DNA of 44,256 bases, taken from an uncultured bacterium (GTDB taxonomy: Bacteria; Gemmatimonadota; Gemmatimonadetes; Gemmatimonadales; Gemmatimonadaceae). The DNA is taken from positions 1 to 44,256 of the forward strand of contig CAXBQP010000023.1 of the NCBI GenBank assembly GCA_963978095.1, written 5' to 3'. This document shows positions 36,323-44,256 of the stretch, piece by piece. The notes under the pieces are model-generated. The model saw only the letters and a program-made list of their open reading frames with translations. It made no database searches and was not told the origin of the DNA. Position numbers and translations under genes: made by a program. Each line of letters begins with the position of its first letter. Position 1 is the first letter of the stretch.

Positions 36323-36994
36323 ATGACTGCGTCCTTCCTCGCCACGGTCCCCCTTTTCAAGTCGCTCGACGCCACCGAACTCACCAAGTTCGGCGAACTC
36401 GTGCGCGAGAAGAGTTATCCCAAGGGGAGCGTCATCCTGTTCGAGGACGACCCCGGCGACAGCCTCTTCGTCGTGCGTTCCGGACGTGTCAAGGTGGTGC
36501 TCGTCGCGGAAGACGGTCGCGAGGTGATCTTGGGCATTCTGGGCGTGGGGGAACACGTCGGCGAGCTCTCCCTCATCGACGACCAGCCCCGTTCGGCGCA
36601 CGTGATTGCCATGGAAGACACCACGCTGCTGGTGTTGCGCCGCGATGACTTCCGTCGCCGCGTCGAAGCGAGTCCGGCGGTGGCGTGGTCGTTGCTGACC
36701 GAGTTGTCGCGCCGTTTGCGGCGGGCGGACGGCAAGATCGGCGCGTTGGTGCTGCTCGACGTCCCCGGGCGCATCGCGCGGCTGCTGCTCGATTCGGCGG
36801 ACGAGAGCGGCGGACCGCTCATCGACAAGCCGATCACGCACCAGACGATCGCCCACGTCATCGGGGCGAGCCGGGAGACGGTGTCCCGGGCGATGCGCGG
36901 CTTCCAGGACGCCGGGTGGATCACCGTCGAACGCCGCCGGATCCGGATCATGAATCCCTCCGCGCTCACGCAGCGCGCGCAGCAGCGAGGGTGA
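36323..36994 (+). CDS. Crp/Fnr-family transcriptional regulator (cNMP-binding)
   Basis: GELSLIDDQPRSA phosphate-binding cassette; HTH THQTIAHVIGASRETVSR. Confidence 0.95.
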   Translation: MTASFLATVPLFKSLDATELTKFGELVREKSYPKGSVILFEDDPGDSLFVVRSGRVKVVLVAEDGREVILGILGVGEHVGELSLIDDQPRSAHVIAMEDTTLLVLRRDDFRRRVEASPAVAWSLLTELSRRLRRADGKIGALVLLDVPGRIARLLLDSADESGGPLIDKPITHQTIAHVIGASRETVSRAMRGFQDAGWITVERRRIRIMNPSALTQRAQQRG

Positions 36995-37091
36995 AGGTGC
37001 AACGTCCCGTCGCCCCGACCTCCTCGCGCCTGCCCGGCACTCCCCTCCACGCACTGGCGGCCGGCACACTTGGCCTGATCAGGAAGCACCC

Positions 37092-37967
37092 ATGACCTTG
37101 CGCGTGACATTCTGGGGAACGCGCGGCTCGATCGCGAGCCCCGGGCCGTCGACCGTGCGCTACGGGGGGAACACCCCGTCGGTGGAGCTGCGCACGGAAT
37201 CGGGATGGCTGGTAATCCTCGATGCCGGCACGGGGATTCGCGCCCTCGGCAATCACCTGTTGGCCCAGGCGAACGGGAAGGTCATCGCGGGTGACATCTT
37301 TCTCACCCACGCGCACTGGGATCATATCCAGGGACTCCCTTTCTTCGCCCCGATCTTCCAGGGCGGGAACAACTTCACGATCTGGGGATCGGCGTCGCTG
37401 CAAACCAGCATCGACCGCGTGGTGCGCGACCAGATGAATCCCGTGGTCTTTCCGGTGGCCTTCGACGAGTTGAGCGCGTCCATCTACTTCCGCAAGATTC
37501 ACGAAGGGGATGTCTGCAGCGGCACCGGCTACGAGGTCACGGCGATGGACGTCCAGCACCCGGGTGGGGCGCTGGCGTATCGCTTCCGGGAGCCGGGACA
37601 ATCGGGCCGTTCGTTCGTCTACGTGTCAGACAACGAGCTCCAGCCGCACGCACGATACGACACCCCCGCGGGCTGGCGCGCCAAGCTGGTGGAGTTCGCG
37701 CGCGCCGCAACCGTGTTGGTGCACGACACGACGTACACGACGGAGGAATACCCGAGCCACCGCGGGTGGGGGCACTCGACCTATCAGGACGGCGTCGAGT
37801 TGGCGCTGGAGGCCGGCGTCGAAACGCTCGTGCTCTTTCATCACGAGCCGCGGCGCTCGGATGCGCAACTCGACGCGCAGGTCGCAGCATGCAGGGCGCT
37901 GGTGCAGGAGCGCGGGGCCACGCTACACGTGATGGCGGCCGCGGAAGGTCTCACACTGACGGTTTGA
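37092..37967 (+). CDS. MBL-fold metallo-hydrolase (possible cyclic-nucleotide phosphodiesterase)
   Basis: WGTRGSI, YGGNT, LDAGTG, THAHWDHIQG, WGHST and FHHEP motifs. Confidence 0.9.
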   Translation: MTLRVTFWGTRGSIASPGPSTVRYGGNTPSVELRTESGWLVILDAGTGIRALGNHLLAQANGKVIAGDIFLTHAHWDHIQGLPFFAPIFQGGNNFTIWGSASLQTSIDRVVRDQMNPVVFPVAFDELSASIYFRKIHEGDVCSGTGYEVTAMDVQHPGGALAYRFREPGQSGRSFVYVSDNELQPHARYDTPAGWRAKLVEFARAATVLVHDTTYTTEEYPSHRGWGHSTYQDGVELALEAGVETLVLFHHEPRRSDAQLDAQVAACRALVQERGATLHVMAAAEGLTLTV

Positions 37968-37992
37968 GCATTACTTCTTGAGGAGGAGTCAG

Positions 37993-38691
37993 ATGAAGCG
38001 TTCCACCGTGATGTCGATCATCGGAAGCGTGGCATTGTTCGGCGGGGCCCTGCAGGCGCAGGGAAAGCCGGGGCTCGGCCTGCTCCCCTTCACGAACAGC
38101 GCGACCGGCAAGGCGCACGACGAACTCGCCCCGCTGGCCAAGGGGTTGGCCGACATGACGATCGAGGAGTTGCTCCCGAATCCGAGCATCCGCGTCGTCG
38201 AGCGTGACCAGATGAACAAGATCATGGATGAGCAGAAGCTCTCGTCCTCCGGCGCGGTGGATCCGTCCACGGTGGTCAAGCTCGGCAAGATCGTCGCGGC
38301 GAAGTACATGCTGACGGGGGCCTACATCACGATGGGCAACTCCCTCGTCCTCACCATGAAGGCGTTCAGCGTCGAGACGTCGGAGATCGTCTGGACGGGC
38401 AGCGTCACCGGCAAGACGGACAACATCCTCGTCCTGATCAACCAGCTCGCGTCGAAGGCGACCAAGGGGCTCAACCTGCCGCCGCTCGCCCCGGTCCAAG
38501 AGCAGGCGCAGCAGGCCAAGGCGGAGCGCATCAAGCTGCCGCTGCAGGAGGCGCTGAAGTTCGCCCGTGCGCTGGATGCCAAGGATGCCGGCAAGAAGGA
38601 CGAGGCGGTCGCGCTCTTCAACCAAGTGCTCGACAAGTTCCCCGAATACGATCTCGCCAAGAAGGAGAAGGCGTCGATCGCCGGGAAGTAA
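37993..38691 (+). CDS. CsgG/HfaB-like secreted protein with C-terminal TPR-like helices
   Basis: Signal peptide; LLPFTN, RVVERDQMNKIMDEQKL and VKLGKIVAAKYMLTG; AGGAGG SD. Confidence 0.8.
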   Translation: MKRSTVMSIIGSVALFGGALQAQGKPGLGLLPFTNSATGKAHDELAPLAKGLADMTIEELLPNPSIRVVERDQMNKIMDEQKLSSSGAVDPSTVVKLGKIVAAKYMLTGAYITMGNSLVLTMKAFSVETSEIVWTGSVTGKTDNILVLINQLASKATKGLNLPPLAPVQEQAQQAKAERIKLPLQEALKFARALDAKDAGKKDEAVALFNQVLDKFPEYDLAKKEKASIAGK

Positions 38692-38703
38692 GCGGTCGTT
38701 CGC

Positions 38704-38737
38704 ATCCGCCGGTGCTCCATCGGGAGCGCCGGCGGAT
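38704..38737 (+). terminator. Hairpin after the CsgG-like gene
   Basis: ATCCGCCGGTGCTCC-atcg-GGAGCGCCGGCGGAT; weak U-tract. Confidence 0.55.
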
Positions 38738-38772
38738 TCGCAATTCCGGCCGGTCGGTGTGAGATTTTCTGC

Positions 38773-40749
38773 GTGCTGATTCCGCAGATCCATGTCGCCG
38801 ACGGTTGGGCCGTGCCGGCCCTCGACCAGCTGACCGCTGCCGGTCGTGCCGAGGTGGTGCGCGAGGCCGCGCTCCCGGATCCGGCCTCGCTCGATCGGGA
38901 ACGGGCGCACGTGGTGGTGGTCCCCCTCGCGATGGCTTCCGATGTCTCGATCGCGCCGTTGGCCGAGCTCGCCGGTGTGATCGGACTCGCTGGTGCGGCG
39001 GGCGCGTGGCCCGATCTCACCGCGCTCGAGGGACTCCTGTCCGGACTCCTGACCCCGGACACGCCAATCGACGCGGCGCGCCTCACGCTCCGCGCCGGAT
39101 TGCGGCACGGGGCCACATTGTTGGCCTCCCGGCGCGCGTCGCAGTTCGACGCCCGCGACGCCGGCGATGTCCGCGAGTTGGCCCGCGTCGGCGTGGCGCT
39201 CTCCACGGAGCGGGACCTCGGCACCCTGCTGGGCTTGATCCTCACGCAGGCGCGGCGCATCGCGGGCGCGGATGCCGGCTCGATCTTCCTGGTGATGCGG
39301 CCTCGCGAGGGGCCGCCAACGCTCCGCTTCACGCTCACGCAGAACCACAGCATGCCCGAGCTCCAGCTCCAGGAGTTCGAAATGCCGATCGACCACCACT
39401 CGTTGGCGGGATACTGCACCATCACGCGCGAATCGCTCCGGATCGACGACGTCTACGATCTGCACGGCGACATGCCGTACCGCTTCAACCGTGCGGTCGA
39501 CGACGTGACGGGCTACCGGACGAAGTCCACGCTGGTGATTCCGATGCAGACGCACCTGCAGGAAGTCGTTGGCGTGGTGCAGCTCATCAACCAGAAGCGG
39601 AACCCGAATGCGGTACTGCGCACCCACGAAGATGTCGCGCGGGAAGTGGTTCCGTTCGATGTCCGCTCGGTGGAGATGGTCGAGGCGCTGGCTTCACAGG
39701 CCGGCGTGGCGATCGAGAACAGTCGCCTGTACGAGGACATCGAACGGCTGTTCGAGGGGTTCGTGACCGCCGCCGTCACGGCGATCGAATCACGCGACCC
39801 CGCCACGAGCGGCCACTCATGGCGTGTGGCGACCCTGACGTGCACGCTCGCGGAAGCGGTCGACCGCGGTGGCACCGGCCGCTATCGCGAAACGACGTTC
39901 ACGCGCGATCAGCTGCGTGAGCTGCGGTACGCCGGACTGCTGCACGATTTCGGGAAGGTCGGTGTCCGCGAACAGGTGCTCGTGAAGCAGAAAAAACTGT
40001 ATCCCGGGGATCTCGATCTCGTCAAACAACGGGTGCTGTTGCTCCAGCAGCGGGCAGACCTCCAGTTCGAGCACCACCGGGCTGAGTTCCTGTACACGCA
40101 CGGTCGCACCGGATATGCCGAGGCCGTGGAGCAGCTGGATGCCGCGCGCCGCGCCGAACGTGACCGGTTGCACGAGTTCCTCGAAGCGGTCGTCGCGGCG
40201 AACGAGCCCACGGTGCTGCATGAACGGAACTCCGACGCGATCCGGGCGAGCCACCTGCAGACGTTCGTCGACCTCGACGGGATCGAACGGCCGTTGCTCG
40301 ATGAGAACGCGCTGCGCTTTCTGATGATCAGCCGCGGGAACCTGGACGCCGCGGAACGCCGGGAGATCGAGTCGCATGTGACGCACACCTTCCGGTTCCT
40401 CGACCAGATCCCGTGGACGACGGCGTTGCAGGGCGTTCCCTCGATCGCGTACGGGCACCACGAGAAGCTCAACGGCGCGGGCTATCCGCGGCAACTGACC
40501 GCGGAGGCGATCCCGGTGCAAACGCGCATGATGACGATCTCGGACATCTACGATGCGCTGACCGCCACCGACCGCCCGTACAAGCGCGCGGTCCCGCTGG
40601 ATCAGGCGATCCGTATTCTGCGTGCCGAGGCCGCCGAGGGCGCGATCGATGCAGAACTGCTGGACACGTTCGTCGAGGCGCGTGTGTTCGCGTCGGTCCA
40701 GCAGGACCTCGAGCGGCGGCGCTCCGGGGCGACCGCGCTACCGGCCTGA
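38773..40749 (+). CDS. GAF + HD-GYP phosphodiesterase
   Basis: GAF (FNRAVDDVTGYRTKSTLVIPM, GVVQLIN), TSGHS, LLHDFGK, HHEKLNGAGYP and DIYDALT..RPYK motifs. Confidence 0.93.
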   Translation: MLIPQIHVADGWAVPALDQLTAAGRAEVVREAALPDPASLDRERAHVVVVPLAMASDVSIAPLAELAGVIGLAGAAGAWPDLTALEGLLSGLLTPDTPIDAARLTLRAGLRHGATLLASRRASQFDARDAGDVRELARVGVALSTERDLGTLLGLILTQARRIAGADAGSIFLVMRPREGPPTLRFTLTQNHSMPELQLQEFEMPIDHHSLAGYCTITRESLRIDDVYDLHGDMPYRFNRAVDDVTGYRTKSTLVIPMQTHLQEVVGVVQLINQKRNPNAVLRTHEDVAREVVPFDVRSVEMVEALASQAGVAIENSRLYEDIERLFEGFVTAAVTAIESRDPATSGHSWRVATLTCTLAEAVDRGGTGRYRETTFTRDQLRELRYAGLLHDFGKVGVREQVLVKQKKLYPGDLDLVKQRVLLLQQRADLQFEHHRAEFLYTHGRTGYAEAVEQLDAARRAERDRLHEFLEAVVAANEPTVLHERNSDAIRASHLQTFVDLDGIERPLLDENALRFLMISRGNLDAAERREIESHVTHTFRFLDQIPWTTALQGVPSIAYGHHEKLNGAGYPRQLTAEAIPVQTRMMTISDIYDALTATDRPYKRAVPLDQAIRILRAEAAEGAIDAELLDTFVEARVFASVQQDLERRRSGATALPA

Positions 40750-40763
40750 GCGGCCGGGCGGCG

Positions 40764-42296
40764 TCATCCCCACCCGCCGCCGCCGGGGGTTTCGATCGTC
40801 ACGACATCACCGGGTTTCAGCTCGAGGCGGCACTTGGCCGGGATCGGCGCCCCGTTCAGCAGGTTCCGCCCGGTGGCTCCGGCGTGTCCTCCCGAAGCCC
40901 CCGTGGGGCCACGGGAGCGGCGCTCAGTGAGCAGGGTCACGGTGCAGGGTTCCTGGACCTCGTAGCTGCGGATCACGCCGTCGCCGCCACGGTGCTTCCC
41001 CGCCCCGCCCGAGCCGCGGCGCACGGCATATTCGGTAATGCGGATCGGGTAACTCCGCTCCAACGCCTCGATCGGTGTGTTGCGCGTATTGCTCATGCCG
41101 ACATGGACGGCACTGGGTCCGTCGCCGTGCGGACTGGCGCCCTGCCCACCGCCTAGCGTCTCATAGAAGGTCCAGCCGCGCCCGCCGAAGGTGATGTTGT
41201 TCATCGTCCCCTGGCCCTGGGCGATCGTCGGCAACCCGGCATCCGCCAGCGCGGCGAAAATCAGATCGGTGACGCGCTGCGAGGTCTCCACGTTCCCCGC
41301 CGCAACGGCCGAGGGCCATCGGGCATTCAGGAAGCAATCCTCCGGCGTCTGAATGCTGATGGGTCGCGCGATGCCTTCGTTGGTGGGGACATCGTCCGAC
41401 ATCAGCGACCGGAGCACGAACATCGCGGCCGATCGCGTGACGGCGATCGGACAGTTCAGATTGCCCCGGACGCGGGCTGACGTGCCGGCGAAGTCGAGAT
41501 GCAGCGTGCCGCCGGTGATCGTGGCGGTCACGGCGAGTGGGATGGCCTGCTCCGAGACGCCGTCGCCCTCCAGGATATCCTCGGCGTGTCCGGTGACGGT
41601 GCCGAACTCCAGCAATCGCGCGGTGGCGCGGCGCGCGGTGTATTGCAGCAGGGCGTCGCATCCGGCGGCGAGTCGGTCGGCGCCTTCGCGCGCGACCAAC
41701 GTCCGCCACCCCGATGCGCCGGCCGCGCACGCGCTGCGCTGCGCGGCGAGATCGCCACGCCGCTCCTCCGGCGTGCGCACGTTGGCCAGAATGAGCTCGA
41801 GGATGGCATCGTCCATCACGCCGCGCCGCACCAGCTGGATGGGCGGAAGGATCAGCCCTTCCTGCACGAGCTCGGTCGCTCCCTGCGGCATCGACCCCGG
41901 ACTCATGCCGCCGACATCCGCATGATGCGCGCGCACGGCCGCATAGCCCGCGACTTCCCCCTCGAGATCGATGGCCTCCACGAGGGTCAGGTCCGGGAGA
42001 TGCGACCCGCCGTGGAACGGACTGTTCAGGATGAACACGTCACCCGGCGACGGCTGGCGGTCGCGCACCGCGCGCACGGACTCCGGCATGGCGCCGAGGT
42101 GCACGGGAATGTGCGCCGCTTGGGCCACCATGCGTCCCTGCGCGTCGAAGAGTGCGGAGGAGGCGTCGCGCCGCTCGCGAATGTTCGGCGACAGCGATCC
42201 GCGTTCCAGCACGGTCCCCATCTCTTCGGCGATCATCGCCACGGCGTTGGCCATGACGGCCAGATCCAGCGGATCGAAGGTCGGACGAGAACTCAT
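40764..42296 (-). CDS. Hydantoinase B / 5-oxoprolinase subunit
   Basis: SPNIRERRDAS, AHIPVHLG, GGSHLPD, HHADVGG and FYETLGGG motifs. Confidence 0.94.
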   Translation of the reverse strand: MSSRPTFDPLDLAVMANAVAMIAEEMGTVLERGSLSPNIRERRDASSALFDAQGRMVAQAAHIPVHLGAMPESVRAVRDRQPSPGDVFILNSPFHGGSHLPDLTLVEAIDLEGEVAGYAAVRAHHADVGGMSPGSMPQGATELVQEGLILPPIQLVRRGVMDDAILELILANVRTPEERRGDLAAQRSACAAGASGWRTLVAREGADRLAAGCDALLQYTARRATARLLEFGTVTGHAEDILEGDGVSEQAIPLAVTATITGGTLHLDFAGTSARVRGNLNCPIAVTRSAAMFVLRSLMSDDVPTNEGIARPISIQTPEDCFLNARWPSAVAAGNVETSQRVTDLIFAALADAGLPTIAQGQGTMNNITFGGRGWTFYETLGGGQGASPHGDGPSAVHVGMSNTRNTPIEALERSYPIRITEYAVRRGSGGAGKHRGGDGVIRSYEVQEPCTVTLLTERRSRGPTGASGGHAGATGRNLLNGAPIPAKCRLELKPGDVVTIETPGGGGWG

Positions 42297-44182
42297 GCGC
42301 GCTCCAGCAGCCAGCCGCCCACGGAAAGCGGCCGTGCGATCCAGTCGTCGGCGACGACCATGGTGGCATCGGATAGCGTGACCACGGAAGGGCCGCGCGT
42401 GTCCTGTTGCGAGGGCGCGGGCGGTGCAAACCGTACCGGGACGGGGATGCCCGACACGGCGACGCGCACCGCGACGATCTCCACCGGTCGATCGAGGGTG
42501 AATCCGTATCGGGCCTGGTGCAACGCCGAGAAACGGTCCGCCATCGCGGGACCGTCGTCCTCAGGGGCACAGACGAGGTCGAGTTCGTGCCCCTGCCCCG
42601 CATAGCGGACCCGCGCCGTCCAGTGCGACCGCGCCTCCGATGAACCGACCGGCCCGGCCTCCCCGACGAGTCCCTCGAGCAGGGTGCGCCACGCCTGCGC
42701 CGTCACGTCGCGGGCGGCGCGCATGACGCTCGCGGCCGCTTCCCGGCGTTCCGGTGCGATCGCGAGTCCGAGCGCGCTGAGCACGCCCGCGTGCGGTGGC
42801 ACGATGATCGTGCGCATGCCGAGCAGATCGGCCAGCGCACAGGCATGGAGCGGCCCGCCACCGCCGAACGCCAGCAGCGCACATGAGCGGGGATCGATGC
42901 CGCGCTCGACACTCACGCGGCGCAACGCACGGGCCATCTCCGCGTCGGCGATCGCGATGATGGCGGCAGCGGTCCGTGTCGCATCGGTCCCCAACCGATT
43001 CGCGAGGTCGGCGATGGCCGCCCGGGCCGCGTCGGCGTTGATGCGCACGCCGCCGGACAACTGGGCCGCATCGAGACGTCCCAGCGCGATATGCGCGTCC
43101 GTGACCGTGGGCAACGTGCCGCCCCGGCCGAAGGCCACGGGTCCGGGCACGGCACCTGCACTCCGTGGACCGACGCGGAGCGCCCCGCCGTCGTCGATCC
43201 ACGCGATGCTTCCACCGCCAGCGCTGACGGTTTCCACGAGGACGCGGGGCAAGGCGATCGGAACGCCCGCAACACTGCCCCCGGGTTCCACCAAGGGGTC
43301 ACCATCGAGAATCAGCCCGGCGTCGGCACTCGTGCCGCCGATGTCGATCGTGAGCGCCCGCTGCATGCCCGCGGCACGCAGGACCGCCGCCGCGCCCACG
43401 ACGCCTCCGGCGGGGCCTGAAAGTGCCAGCGCGGCGGCGGTGTGTGAGGCCTCCATGGCGGTGCGCATGCCGCCGCCGGAGGTCATGACGTTCGGCGCCG
43501 GGTACCCCCCGACCGCAAGGCGGGAGGACAAATGCTCCAAGTACGTCGCCACGCGAGGACGGGAATACCCCTCGGCCACCGCGGTCGCCGTGCGCTCGTA
43601 TTCCCGGATTTCCGGCAACACCTCCGATGAGCAGACGACCGGCACATCGGGCAAGCGCTGTCGAAGGACTCCGGCGAGCATCTGCTCGGCGGACGCGTCC
43701 TCATAGGCATGGAGCAATCCGACGACGACGATTTCCGGATGCAGCGCCGCGACCGCGTCGGCCACGCGATGGGCTTCAACGTCGAGCAAGGGCGTCCGCA
43801 CTCCGTCAGGGGTGCGACGCTCCCGCACGGCAATCACCCGCTCGGGTGGGACGAGCGCCGAGGGATGCTGCTTGGTCAAGTCGTACAGGGAGGCCCGTTC
43901 CTGTCGGCGGAGTTCGAGCAGGTCCGTGGCATGTTCGGTGGCGCAGAGCACGACGCGCGCACCACGCCGCTCGAGCAGCAGGTTCGTGACGACGGTCGTC
44001 CCATGGGCGACACGTCCGATTGCCGGTCCGCCGGCGCCGAGCGCCTCCAGTGCCGCCGCCACGCCCTGGCTTTGATCCGACGGCGTGGACAGCACTTTGC
44101 GCGTGTCCACGAAACCGTCGCCGCGGACGGCGACAAGATCCGTGAAGGTACCACCGACGTCGATTCCGACCGAGAGACTCAT
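42293..44182 (-). CDS. Hydantoinase A / 5-oxoprolinase subunit
   Basis: GIDVGGTFTD, HGTT, SGPAGGV, DIGGTSAD, AGGGS and FGGGGPLHA motifs. Confidence 0.95.
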   Translation of the reverse strand: MSLSVGIDVGGTFTDLVAVRGDGFVDTRKVLSTPSDQSQGVAAALEALGAGGPAIGRVAHGTTVVTNLLLERRGARVVLCATEHATDLLELRRQERASLYDLTKQHPSALVPPERVIAVRERRTPDGVRTPLLDVEAHRVADAVAALHPEIVVVGLLHAYEDASAEQMLAGVLRQRLPDVPVVCSSEVLPEIREYERTATAVAEGYSRPRVATYLEHLSSRLAVGGYPAPNVMTSGGGMRTAMEASHTAAALALSGPAGGVVGAAAVLRAAGMQRALTIDIGGTSADAGLILDGDPLVEPGGSVAGVPIALPRVLVETVSAGGGSIAWIDDGGALRVGPRSAGAVPGPVAFGRGGTLPTVTDAHIALGRLDAAQLSGGVRINADAARAAIADLANRLGTDATRTAAAIIAIADAEMARALRRVSVERGIDPRSCALLAFGGGGPLHACALADLLGMRTIIVPPHAGVLSALGLAIAPERREAAASVMRAARDVTAQAWRTLLEGLVGEAGPVGSSEARSHWTARVRYAGQGHELDLVCAPEDDGPAMADRFSALHQARYGFTLDRPVEIVAVRVAVSGIPVPVRFAPPAPSQQDTRGPSVVTLSDATMVVADDWIARPLSVGGWLLERA

Positions 44183-44256
44183 GCGCGCGATCCCTGATGA
44201 AGCGCCCTTCGGACGACGAATGCCAACGCGAGATGCCCTGGCACGAGGAGTGCGAC
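44179..44256 (-). CDS. Partial (3' end) upstream gene with hydrophobic C-terminus
   Basis: Open frame ...VALLVPGHLALAFVVRRALHQGSRA*, whose TGA overlaps the hydantoinase A ATG (ATGA). Confidence 0.5.
   Translation of the reverse strand, partial: VALLVPGHLALAFVVRRALHQGSRA

Overview
High-GC bacterial chromosomal window; gene content and order suggest Gemmatimonadota (inference). Most of it is housekeeping backbone: pdxJ; ispE-tRNA(Gln)-prs-rplY-pth-ychF; rpsF-rpsR-DUF2232-rplI-rsfS; an Omp85-type protein; two SPOR proteins; smc; DAHP synthase; lolA; peptidases; rpmE-prfA-prmC-ylbF-tmk-ctpA; a Crp/MBL/CsgG/HD-GYP block; and hydantoinase/oxoprolinase A/B. The main accessory element is a minus-strand lasso-peptide (RiPP) cluster between ychF and rpsF (8779-14981). 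It encodes an RRE (B1), leader peptidase (B2), lasso cyclase (C), a PRMT-like methyltransferase, an HPr-kinase-like kinase and a nucleotidyltransferase. It also encodes a 55-aa precursor at 11034-11201 that the ORF track missed, which I translated by hand. The precursor has the canonical YxxPxLxxxGxxxxxT leader but an unusual Ser/Thr/Lys-rich, internally repeated core with a single Asp. A GT41 (O-GlcNAc-transferase-like) gene is inserted one gene away, between pth and ychF. No CRISPR array, rRNA or recognisable mobile element was seen. All assignments come from motif recognition by eye; no database searches were run.
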